Source: Halobacteriales archaeon QS_1_68_20 (GTDB lineage: Archaea; Halobacteriota; Halobacteria; Halobacteriales; PXRE01). Taken from it: 64,000 nt of DNA. The notes beneath the pieces are model-generated. The model saw only the letters and a list, made by a program, of their open reading frames with translations, made no database searches and was not told the DNA's origin. Numbering within the stretch: the stretch's first letter is position 1; the number at the start of each line of letters is the position of its first letter. Positions 47,710-55,496 of this stretch are shown here, piece after piece. Both the position numbers and the translations under genes were made by a program. Where the stretch lies: the NCBI GenBank assembly GCA_003021085.1, contig PXRE01000005.1:3433-67432 (forward strand). The letters run 5' to 3'.

Positions 47710-48585
47710 CTAGGGGGTCCTGACGGTGAACGAGAGGCCGCCCCGCTGGTCGCCCGGGAAGTCCCCGTGGTCGTACGCCGCCGCGATCGCGTCGCCGAGC
47801 TCCCGACACCGCTGCTCGGTCTCCGGCGACAGTCCGGCACAGAGGAGGTGTGACCCGACCAGCCCCGGGTCCGTGGAGAGTCCGTGGTTCGCGGGGGCCT
47901 CCAGCGCGAGCTCGCCACACCAGGCCGAACTCGCGTCGTCGAGCTGCTCGCGGACCTCCTCGCGGACGTGCTCCCACCGTCGCTCGATGGCCTCGGCGGA
48001 CTCGAAGCCGTACCACAGCAACGCCACGTCGCCGCGGGCGGCAACGTCGGCGAACAGTTCGATGGGGGTCAGGCCGGCTGGATCCGTCGCCGCGAACGTC
48101 TCGAACGGGTCGACGTGGACGACGTCGGTCCCGTCACCGTCGGCAGCGATGCCAGCAGCCACCCCGGAGAGGCCGTCGGCGGGGACGGCGTTCACCGCCG
48201 ACGAGCAGTCCCGTCTCGACGCTTCCTCGCGGATGGAGTCGAGACACCCGGGGTCGACGTCGAAGAAGTAGTAGTCGGCGGCGTCACCCAGGACGCCCAT
48301 CGCGAGCGCGGGCGACCCCAGGTACGTCTCCGGGTCAGTCCGACTGTCGTTCGCCTCGCTGAACAGCGTCGTGTACGTCGCCGAGTCCAGCGCGGGGACG
48401 TCGCGGCTGCGTGCGAGGTACCGGCCGGCGCCGAACTGGCGCTCGTCGGCTTCGTCCATCGCGTATCTCGCCGCCCCGGCGTGGGTCTCCCAGAACCGGT
48501 CGGGCCGCTCTTCGTCGAGGATCGCACACGTCAGCAGGTGCTTCCAGACGTCTCCGACGTTGCCGAAGTGGTGGTTTCCGATCAT
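47710..48585 (-). CDS. RlmJ-like (DUF519) SAM-dependent methyltransferase-fold protein with altered motif IV
   Basis: ATG at 48585 inside track ORF 47710..49158. HHFGNVGDVWKH, ETHAGAARY, YLGSPAL and LLWYGF parallel E. coli RlmJ. The DPPY position reads DPFE. Confidence 0.6.
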   Translation of the reverse strand: MIGNHHFGNVGDVWKHLLTCAILDEERPDRFWETHAGAARYAMDEADERQFGAGRYLARSRDVPALDSATYTTLFSEANDSRTDPETYLGSPALAMGVLGDAADYYFFDVDPGCLDSIREEASRRDCSSAVNAVPADGLSGVAAGIAADGDGTDVVHVDPFETFAATDPAGLTPIELFADVAARGDVALLWYGFESAEAIERRWEHVREEVREQLDDASSAWCGELALEAPANHGLSTDPGLVGSHLLCAGLSPETEQRCRELGDAIAAAYDHGDFPGDQRGGLSFTVRTP

Positions 48586-50687
48586 GGTTGCTCTCGCAAT
48601 CGAACGACGATGGCGACTGCAACGGCCAGCACCAGAAGGTTGGCGACGAGCCAGGGCGGCACCGGCAGCGACTCGTCCGCCGGCCCGGGACGGTCCGGGG
48701 ACGTGTCCACGCCGGCCGCGTCCGCGTACGCCGACAGCGCCAGCAGCGCTGCCGCCTGGGTCCACGCCTCGTCGACGTACGTTGGCGGAGCGCCCTGGTA
48801 CATGACGGGCGAGGCCGCCCACGAGCCGTCGGGGCGCTGGGTGTCCAGCAGGTACTGGACGCCGGCGCGGACCGCGGGGTGGTCCGGCGAGTACCCCGCC
48901 GCGAGCAACGCCTGCAGCGCCCACGCGGTCTGCTCTGGCGTGGACGGCGCCGACAGGTACTGGGCGTCGTCCCACCCCGGGAAAGTGCCGCCTTCGAGGA
49001 TCCCCTCGCCCCACCCGCCGTCGGGGTTCTGGCGCTCGACGAGCGCGGCGGCGGCCTCCTGGATCTCGGGGCGGTTCGGGTCGACGCCGACGCCGACCAG
49101 TCCCTGGATCACCCTGCTCGTCCCGTAGGTGTACCGCACGCCCCACTTCGCCGGCCACATCTCGGTCCGGTCACGTGCGCCGAGCAGGTAGTCGACGGCC
49201 GCCCTGACGGAGGCGTTGTTCTCGACGGTGTACCCGTGGGCCCCCAGCGACATGAGGACGTGCCCGTTCGTCCCTGGGACCGGCTCGTCGCCGAACAGCG
49301 TGCGGTAGAGGCCTCGGTCCAGCTCCTCACGGAGGTCCGATTGCTCGCTCTCGTTCAGCGGATCGAAGTCGGTCGACCACGTCGACCAGGTTCCGTCCTC
49401 GTTCTGGACGTCGAAGAGGAACGTCACCGAGTCCGCCACGACCATCTCGTCGTACGGCGCGAGGGTCCTGGTCACGACCGCCGTCTCTCCCCAGTTGCTC
49501 TGCAGTTCGGGTTTGTACGACCAGCCGTGGCCGTAGTGGCTGCGGAACGGCAGCGGCGGTCGATCCAGCGTCAGGTTCCTGCGCGTCCGGTAGACGTTCG
49601 TGGTCGTCCTGGCGTCGACCAGCCACTGGGCGGCGTCCTTGACGGTCTCGTTGTCGGGGGACAGTCCCGAGCTCGTCAGCGCCTGCACCGTCCAGGCGGT
49701 GTCCCAGACGGGGGTCCGGAAAGCGACGAACCGGCCGCTCGGGGCCTGCCTGTTCTCCTCCAGCCACCGGGTGGCGATCCGGATCGGGTCGTCGTCGACC
49801 TCGTAGCCCGCCTCGTGGAGCGCCAGTACGGCGTACATCGTGTCGAACGCGGTCGCCCAGGCGCCGCTGGTCTGGCGGCGCTTCAGGAGGACCTCGGTGA
49901 GGGCTTCCTTGGCGTCCTCTTCGTCCGTGGAGACGTTCGAGCGCACCTCCAGCGACAGGACGTTCAGACTGATCATCGTGTCCAGCGCGTTGTGGTTGAC
50001 GGCGTGGTCGGTCGGGGAGAACTCACCCTCGAAGGCAGGCGTCAACAGCAACAGCCCCGGCAGCTCCTTGAGGGTCTCGTTCGGGAACAGCTCCCCGGCC
50101 GAGCGGCGCTCGTCCATCAGCGTGTAGAACAGCCGCGTCCGGTAGAGGAAGATCTCGTCCCTCGGGGTCTCGGCCTCCACGTCGACGAGGCTCGCGTTCG
50201 CCCGGTCGAGTTCGCTGCGGATCGCCCGCCGCTCGGCCTGGTACTCGCCGTCGAGTTCGGACAGCAACAGCAGTCCGGCGTAGTTGGCGATGGTGTCGTT
50301 CCACCCGCCGTCCGGTTGCCGTCGCTGCAGCACGTACTCCACCGCGCGCCGCTTGCTCTCGGAGTCGATGCCCAGTCGCTCGAGTACGAGTGCGTACTCG
50401 ATCGTGTACCTGAGGTCCCAGGGACGCAGCCCGCCCATGGAGATGTTCGACGCCCAGTGGTCGCCGGTCCTGTTGGGGCTGTCGAGGATGTACGACCGGG
50501 AGTCATCGACCGCCTGGGCCACCGCGGTGTCCGTCGGTGAAGCCGCGTCTGCCGGCGAACGAGCCGACGCCTGCGCGATCGGACCGAACTGCGCAGTCAG
50601 AAACAGAACGCAGACGGCGAGTACCTTGACGGTCCCCGTGACTGCGGCCAGCCGGTTCCGTCGCCCGGCCGCTCGCGTACCCTTCAT
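48582..50687 (-). CDS. squalene-hopene cyclase family protein A, membrane-anchored, DxDD motif degenerate (SNWGETA)
   Basis: QW repeats (RRQPDGGWND, VQNEDGTWS, RQNPDGGWGE, TQRPDGSW). C-terminal STPEQTAWALQAL...RAGVQYLLDTQRPDGSW closely parallels bacterial SHC. N-terminal signal/anchor and C-terminal TM. ATGA overlaps on both sides. Confidence 0.8.
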   Translation of the reverse strand: MKGTRAAGRRNRLAAVTGTVKVLAVCVLFLTAQFGPIAQASARSPADAASPTDTAVAQAVDDSRSYILDSPNRTGDHWASNISMGGLRPWDLRYTIEYALVLERLGIDSESKRRAVEYVLQRRQPDGGWNDTIANYAGLLLLSELDGEYQAERRAIRSELDRANASLVDVEAETPRDEIFLYRTRLFYTLMDERRSAGELFPNETLKELPGLLLLTPAFEGEFSPTDHAVNHNALDTMISLNVLSLEVRSNVSTDEEDAKEALTEVLLKRRQTSGAWATAFDTMYAVLALHEAGYEVDDDPIRIATRWLEENRQAPSGRFVAFRTPVWDTAWTVQALTSSGLSPDNETVKDAAQWLVDARTTTNVYRTRRNLTLDRPPLPFRSHYGHGWSYKPELQSNWGETAVVTRTLAPYDEMVVADSVTFLFDVQNEDGTWSTWSTDFDPLNESEQSDLREELDRGLYRTLFGDEPVPGTNGHVLMSLGAHGYTVENNASVRAAVDYLLGARDRTEMWPAKWGVRYTYGTSRVIQGLVGVGVDPNRPEIQEAAAALVERQNPDGGWGEGILEGGTFPGWDDAQYLSAPSTPEQTAWALQALLAAGYSPDHPAVRAGVQYLLDTQRPDGSWAASPVMYQGAPPTYVDEAWTQAAALLALSAYADAAGVDTSPDRPGPADESLPVPPWLVANLLVLAVAVAIVVRLREQP

Positions 50688-50935
50688 ATCCGGGTGACGA
50701 CCAGGTTGTAGACGAACGCGATCACACCTCCCGTGATGGCTCCGTCTACGAACCCGGCGACTGCGCCTGCTACTCCACCCACCAGCGACGGCGCGAAGCC
50801 GGGGTAGTGCGAGGAGAACAGGTCGACGAACGCCTCACCGTGACCGAACATCGCCGCCCAGCCCATGAACAGCATGTAGATCGCCCACATGATGCCGAAC
50901 CCGACGGCGAATCCCTTGATGCTGAGTTTCGACAT
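50684..50935 (-). CDS. small 2-TM membrane protein (83 aa), paralog of 51043..51300
   Basis: Shared pattern YPGFxPxxxGxVAGAxxGFxDGAIxGxxxAxVYN with the neighbour. ATGA overlap with the cyclase-like gene. Confidence 0.6.
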   Translation of the reverse strand: MSKLSIKGFAVGFGIMWAIYMLFMGWAAMFGHGEAFVDLFSSHYPGFAPSLVGGVAGAVAGFVDGAITGGVIAFVYNLVVTRI

Positions 50936-51042
50936 CGGTTACACTCCCGGGCGTCCTGCCCTGTTCGTCGGATCGTTCGAACACCTGCACTGTCGACCGT
51001 TCTGCGTGTTCCGTGCTTCGTGCATCGTATCGTTCCCTCGAT

Positions 51043-51300
51043 CTAGTCGTCCAGGTCCGCTATGCCGTTGTACACAACTGCGAGGATCGCCCCTTTGATC
51101 GCTCCGTCGAGGAATCCCCAGGCTGCACCTGCGACGCTGCCGATCATGGTCGGTCCGAACCCTGGATAGACCGGAGCGATGGCCTCGACGACGAAACTGG
51201 TCCCGGCGTCGGCCGTCGCTGCCAGTCCAGCATACAGCATGAACACCGACCACATGGCACCGAACGCCGCCGCGAAGGACGGTACGTTCAGCCGAATCAT
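51043..51300 (-). CDS. small 2-TM membrane protein (85 aa), paralog of 50684..50935
   Basis: ATG at 51300 (MIRLNVPSFAAAFGAMW) chosen by alignment to the paralog and by a TTTAATAAAT box about 30 nt upstream. The track ORF extends to 51345. Confidence 0.55.
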   Translation of the reverse strand: MIRLNVPSFAAAFGAMWSVFMLYAGLAATADAGTSFVVEAIAPVYPGFGPTMIGSVAGAAWGFLDGAIKGAILAVVYNGIADLDD

Positions 51301-51545
51301 CGATGAGCTAACCAATCTTCCGTGATTTATTAAAACCTTCGACATTTATACGGGCCTCCGCTGAAAAACCCTTCCCCGCGGCCGAGGCGGGGCCTGGGCC
51401 CGCGCTCGTGGTGTCAGAACCGGGATCCCCGGTTCCGTCAGACGGCGTTCTGGCCGTTGTATCCACGACGAACTGCGTTTATTGTACTATCTATTTATTA
51501 GATTAGTAAGGCTTATTGACTTCTGATCGACAACTAGTGAGGGAA

Positions 51546-53576
51546 ATGCTGATCGGCGGAAAGAGAGTGAGCGCAATTGCGTTTGCATTGTTGCTGGTCA
51601 CGTCGATGGTTGGTACGGCGATCACGCTCGGCGTCACCGCGGCGGCGGACTCGGACGCGGCCGGACCATCCGAGGCCGAGGTCCAGCAAGCCGTCGACGA
51701 CTCTCGCCAGCACCTCCTGAACTCGATGGAGGACGACCACTGGGCATCTGCCGTCCGATCGGGCCGAAACGGTATCTGGGACGTCAGGTGGTCGATCTAC
51801 TACGCGGTGATGCTCGAACGCCTGGACGCGAAGCCGAAGAGCCAGCAGGCGGCGATCGACTGGGTGCTCTCGAAACGGAACTCGAACGGTGGGTGGAACG
51901 ACACCGTCGCCAACTACGGTGCGTTGCTACTGTTCGAGGAGATGAACACCGACCAGTACGACGACGTCGTCGCGGACGTCAGGGCAGAGAACCAGCGCAA
52001 CGACATCTCGCTGGTCTCGGGGAACGCCAGTCAGGGCCAGTCGTTCGTGGAGGACAACCTCCGCCTGAAACTCCTGTACGGCCTGATGAGCGACAGATAC
52101 ACCAACGAACAGCTGTTCCAGGACGGCAATCCCGGCGGGTTCGGCGAACTCGGTGGGATGACCCCCGCGTTCGAGAACGGCTTCCACCCGAACAAGTCCT
52201 TCGTCATGCCGGACACGGTCGACCTGACGCTGAGCATGACCACGATCGGTCTGGCCATCGAGCGCGACAACGGGTGGGAGCGAGGCAACAGGAGCGAGGA
52301 GCTGAACCGGACCGCGGAGCTGCTGCTCGCCCGCCGGCTACCCAGCGGCGTCTGGGCGACGTCGATCGACAACATCTTCGCCGTGCTGGCGCTCAACGAG
52401 GCGGGCTACGACGCCGACGACCCCGAGATCTCCCGGGCGCTGGATATGATGGCGGAAACCCGGCAAGCGTCCAACGGCAGGATCATCGGGTTCAAGCTGT
52501 CGGTCTGGGACACCGCCTGGTCCATGCACGCCCTCGTGGAGAGCGGCGTGTCGCCGAAGCACGAGAAGCTCCAGTCCGCGGCGCAGTGGCTCTACGACGC
52601 TCGCGCGTCTCCCCCGTCCCAGAAGCGCGCGGACGTCCCCCTCAAGCGGCCCCCGATCCCGTTCCGCCCGAACTTCGGGAAGGGCTGGGGGTACAAGCCG
52701 CACATGTACAGCGACTGGGACGACACGGCGGTCGCCGTCGTCGCGCTCGAACCCTACGACGACCGCATCGTCGAGGAGCACATCCAGTACCTCTTCGACG
52801 TGCAGAACTCCGACGGTAGCTGGGCCGCGTTCGTGACGGACTTCGAGCCGCTCAACGAGTCCGAGCGCGAGGATGTCATCGAACGAGGCGGCGAGGACCT
52901 GTACGTGCAGCTGTTCACGACCCACCAGTCGCCGGACGTGACCGGCCACGTCCTCAAGGCCCTCGGGTCACACGGGTACACCGTCGAGAACAACGCCTCC
53001 GTCAGGGCGGCCGTCGACTTCCTGATGAACGCCCGCGACGACACCGGCATGTGGCGGGCCGTCTGGGGCAAGGGCTACGTCTACGGGACCAGCCGCGTCC
53101 TCATGGGCATGAAAGCCGTCGGCGTCGACATGAACCAGGCGGCGATCCAGGAAGCTGCGGGGGCGCTCGCTGCTCGCCAGAACCCCGACGGCGGCTGGGG
53201 CTACCGCAACGGTCCCTCGGAGCCGACCTACACCGCCTGGGTCGTCGAGGGGCTGCTCGCGGCGGGGTACTCGCCGGACCACCCCGCGGTCCGCGCCGGC
53301 GTCCAGTACCTGCTGGACACCCAGCGCCCCGACGGCTCCTGGAAAACCACGAAGATGATGCACAACCTGGAGCGGCTGGAGTACAGCCTCTCCGTGTTCA
53401 CGCAAGCCAGCGTCCTGTCGGCGCTGTCAGCGTACGCCGACGCGCGTGGCGTCCCCATCGACCCCGACCACGAATCCAGCCCGCTGGACGACCTCGCGTT
53501 TCCCCTCGCCGTGATCGGCGCCCAGGTCGCGTTCGTCGCGGTCGGGGTGCTGGTCGCCCGTCGGCGTTCGCCCTGA
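51546..53576 (+). CDS. squalene-hopene cyclase family protein B, membrane-anchored, intact DxDDTA motif
   Basis: SDWDDTAVAVVAL at nt 52713..52730 matches the class II terpene cyclase proton-donor motif. QW repeats (KRNSNGGWND, VQNSDGSWA, RQNPDGGWG, TQRPDGSW). N-terminal TM and C-terminal TM plus RRRSP. ATG at 51546 preferred over the TTG at 51516. Confidence 0.8.
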   Translation: MLIGGKRVSAIAFALLLVTSMVGTAITLGVTAAADSDAAGPSEAEVQQAVDDSRQHLLNSMEDDHWASAVRSGRNGIWDVRWSIYYAVMLERLDAKPKSQQAAIDWVLSKRNSNGGWNDTVANYGALLLFEEMNTDQYDDVVADVRAENQRNDISLVSGNASQGQSFVEDNLRLKLLYGLMSDRYTNEQLFQDGNPGGFGELGGMTPAFENGFHPNKSFVMPDTVDLTLSMTTIGLAIERDNGWERGNRSEELNRTAELLLARRLPSGVWATSIDNIFAVLALNEAGYDADDPEISRALDMMAETRQASNGRIIGFKLSVWDTAWSMHALVESGVSPKHEKLQSAAQWLYDARASPPSQKRADVPLKRPPIPFRPNFGKGWGYKPHMYSDWDDTAVAVVALEPYDDRIVEEHIQYLFDVQNSDGSWAAFVTDFEPLNESEREDVIERGGEDLYVQLFTTHQSPDVTGHVLKALGSHGYTVENNASVRAAVDFLMNARDDTGMWRAVWGKGYVYGTSRVLMGMKAVGVDMNQAAIQEAAGALAARQNPDGGWGYRNGPSEPTYTAWVVEGLLAAGYSPDHPAVRAGVQYLLDTQRPDGSWKTTKMMHNLERLEYSLSVFTQASVLSALSAYADARGVPIDPDHESSPLDDLAFPLAVIGAQVAFVAVGVLVARRRSP

Positions 53577-53619
53577 GGTCGCGGTGACCCACCGGGATCG
53601 GCGACAGTAACGCACCGCC

Positions 53620-53900
53620 GTCTTCGCTCGTCGCGCACCGTCTTTTCGTCACTGTTCCATCTCGTCGCACACCGTTCTCCGGCTACCGTCTCTCTCGTCG
53701 CATACCCGCCTCCGATCACCGTCCCTCTCGTCGCGCACCGCTTCTCGTCGTCCTCCCATCTCGTCGTGTCCCGTCTTCTCGTCGCTATTCCGGCTCGCTT
53801 TGCGCCGGCCCCGCCTCGCTATTCCATCCCGTCGTGCCCTGTCCTCTGGTCGCCATTCCATCCCGTCGCGCACCGGCCCCTCCTCGCTGTCCTATCTCTC
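53620..53900. repeat. degenerate tandem array, about 8-9 units of 33-34 bp built on the motif CTCGTCGC(G/A)CACCG
   Basis: CTCGTCG(C/T) occurs at 53627, 53661, 53694, 53727, 53744, 53760 and 53778, with weaker copies to about 53890. Units are contiguous (no spacers). Confidence 0.7.
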
Positions 53901-54003
53901 GACGGGACGCTGTTGACCGCTCCGGAGGAGCTGTTCGTCGGTCGGGGCCTCCGGCCGGTAGAGGACCAGGGGGCAGGGACTTCCGGGACGGCGGTCCAGG
54001 CGG

Positions 54004-54762
54004 TTACTGGTGAACCCGGGTCTTGTGGTGGAACGCCAGCGTCGCGAGGATGGTGGTCGCGCCGAGGTACGCGACGGCCCAGCCGACGTCGGCGGCGGCG
54101 ATCTGCTCGGTGTACGTCGCGTCGAAGGCGATCTGGAGCGGGTAGTACCCAGGGAGGAACGTCATCCAGGCGTCGGGGTTGCCGCGGGTGATCATCGGGT
54201 TCTGGAAGATGAGAATGTCGAGCATCGGTGCGAACAGCATCGCGTACATGCCACCGAGGGTGTTCAGGACCGACCCGACCAGGACGCCGATCATGCCGTA
54301 GGTGAGACCGGCCACGAGCATCGCGACGACGAACCAACCCACGAGCGACGGCGTCAGGAAGAACATCATGACGACCAGCGAGGTCACGATGACCGCCAGC
54401 GAGATGACGCCGAGCAGGACGAGCCGCGAGGTGATGACCTCCCACGATCGGTAGCCGACCAGCACGAGGCGTCCGTCGTTCTCCTCGCCGCTTTGCATCA
54501 TGAACATCCCGGCGATCCCGGCGACCAGCGCACACACCATCGGCGTCATCAGCACGGTGTAGATCTCCGGCATGGGCTTGGAGATCGAGATGACGAGTCC
54601 GTCGACTTTCACCCACAGCGGAATCTCGTCGCCCGGAGCGACGAAGTTGATGAGCGCGATGAAGTAGATGGGAAGGTAGAGTACGAGCGACATGAGGACG
54701 TGGTTGCGGAGGCGTTCCTTGACGCCGACGACGAAGGCGGTGGTGACCCGGTGGTTGCTCAT
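54004..54762 (-). CDS. ABC-2 type transporter permease
   Basis: 252 aa, 6 TM; 4-nt overlap with the upstream permease gene. Confidence 0.75.
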   Translation of the reverse strand: MSNHRVTTAFVVGVKERLRNHVLMSLVLYLPIYFIALINFVAPGDEIPLWVKVDGLVISISKPMPEIYTVLMTPMVCALVAGIAGMFMMQSGEENDGRLVLVGYRSWEVITSRLVLLGVISLAVIVTSLVVMMFFLTPSLVGWFVVAMLVAGLTYGMIGVLVGSVLNTLGGMYAMLFAPMLDILIFQNPMITRGNPDAWMTFLPGYYPLQIAFDATYTEQIAAADVGWAVAYLGATTILATLAFHHKTRVHQ

Positions 54763-55496
54763 TGCAGGACACCTCCGCTACCCTCGCTCATCGCCCGGGA
54801 GAAGACCACGGTAGCGGCCACGAGCAGGACGAGGACGTACAGGACCGCCATCAGCAGGTGGTCGGACTCGACGGTGCCGTCGAACGCGGCAGCTTCGAGG
54901 ACGTGGTGGGAGTGGTACAGCGGGAAGAACTGCGGGAGGATCGATCCCCAGTCGACCAGCCCGCTGGCGAAGATGGTGTCGGAGTCGGCGACGAACACGA
55001 GCGCCAGCGACCCCTCGAGTTCACCCGGGAGGATCGAGCCGATGAGTACGCCGATGAGGCCGTACGTGAACCCGGCCAGCACGAGGCCCCCGAAGGTCAA
55101 CAGCGTAGACTCCGGCGGGTTGAACTGACTGAACACGACGAACGAGACCGTCGCGATGAACGCGCTGACGCCGATGACCGTCGCCAGCCGCGTCGCGAGC
55201 AGGTCCAGCTTCGGGAACCCGGCGATGACGAGTCGCCGGTCGGCGTCGTACGCACCGATGACCTGGAACAGGCCGAACAGGCCGGTCAGGAACGCGGTTG
55301 CGAACATCGCTCCGTTCACCTGGCCGAGTTGCACCGGCGACCGGTCGTCCAGCAGCGAGGCCGGCACCGCTTCCATGGCGATCCCGTACCCCTGGATCAC
55401 CAGCGGCGGGATGACCACGAGCAGCACGACGTTCATCGGGTTCCTGTAGAACGACCGGACGAACACGCGGATTCCCAACGTCCGGTTACTCGTCAT
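54759..55496 (-). CDS. ABC-2 type transporter permease
   Basis: 245 aa, 6 TM; overlaps the ATPase gene by 11 nt. Confidence 0.75.
   Translation of the reverse strand: MTSNRTLGIRVFVRSFYRNPMNVVLLVVIPPLVIQGYGIAMEAVPASLLDDRSPVQLGQVNGAMFATAFLTGLFGLFQVIGAYDADRRLVIAGFPKLDLLATRLATVIGVSAFIATVSFVVFSQFNPPESTLLTFGGLVLAGFTYGLIGVLIGSILPGELEGSLALVFVADSDTIFASGLVDWGSILPQFFPLYHSHHVLEAAAFDGTVESDHLLMAVLYVLVLLVAATVVFSRAMSEGSGGVLQ

Noticed and set aside
42019-53652. Shared 12-mer cgtcttttcgtc near both ends of the 42-54 kb region, as possible att-like sites.
   Set aside because: A single 12-bp match is expected by chance many times in a 64-kb window, and no extended flanking similarity was seen.
53620-53900. Possible CRISPR array downstream of cyclase gene B.
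   Set aside because: The units are contiguous 33-34 bp degenerate repeats with no unique spacers. There are no cas genes in the window, and the repeats decay progressively as in a minisatellite.
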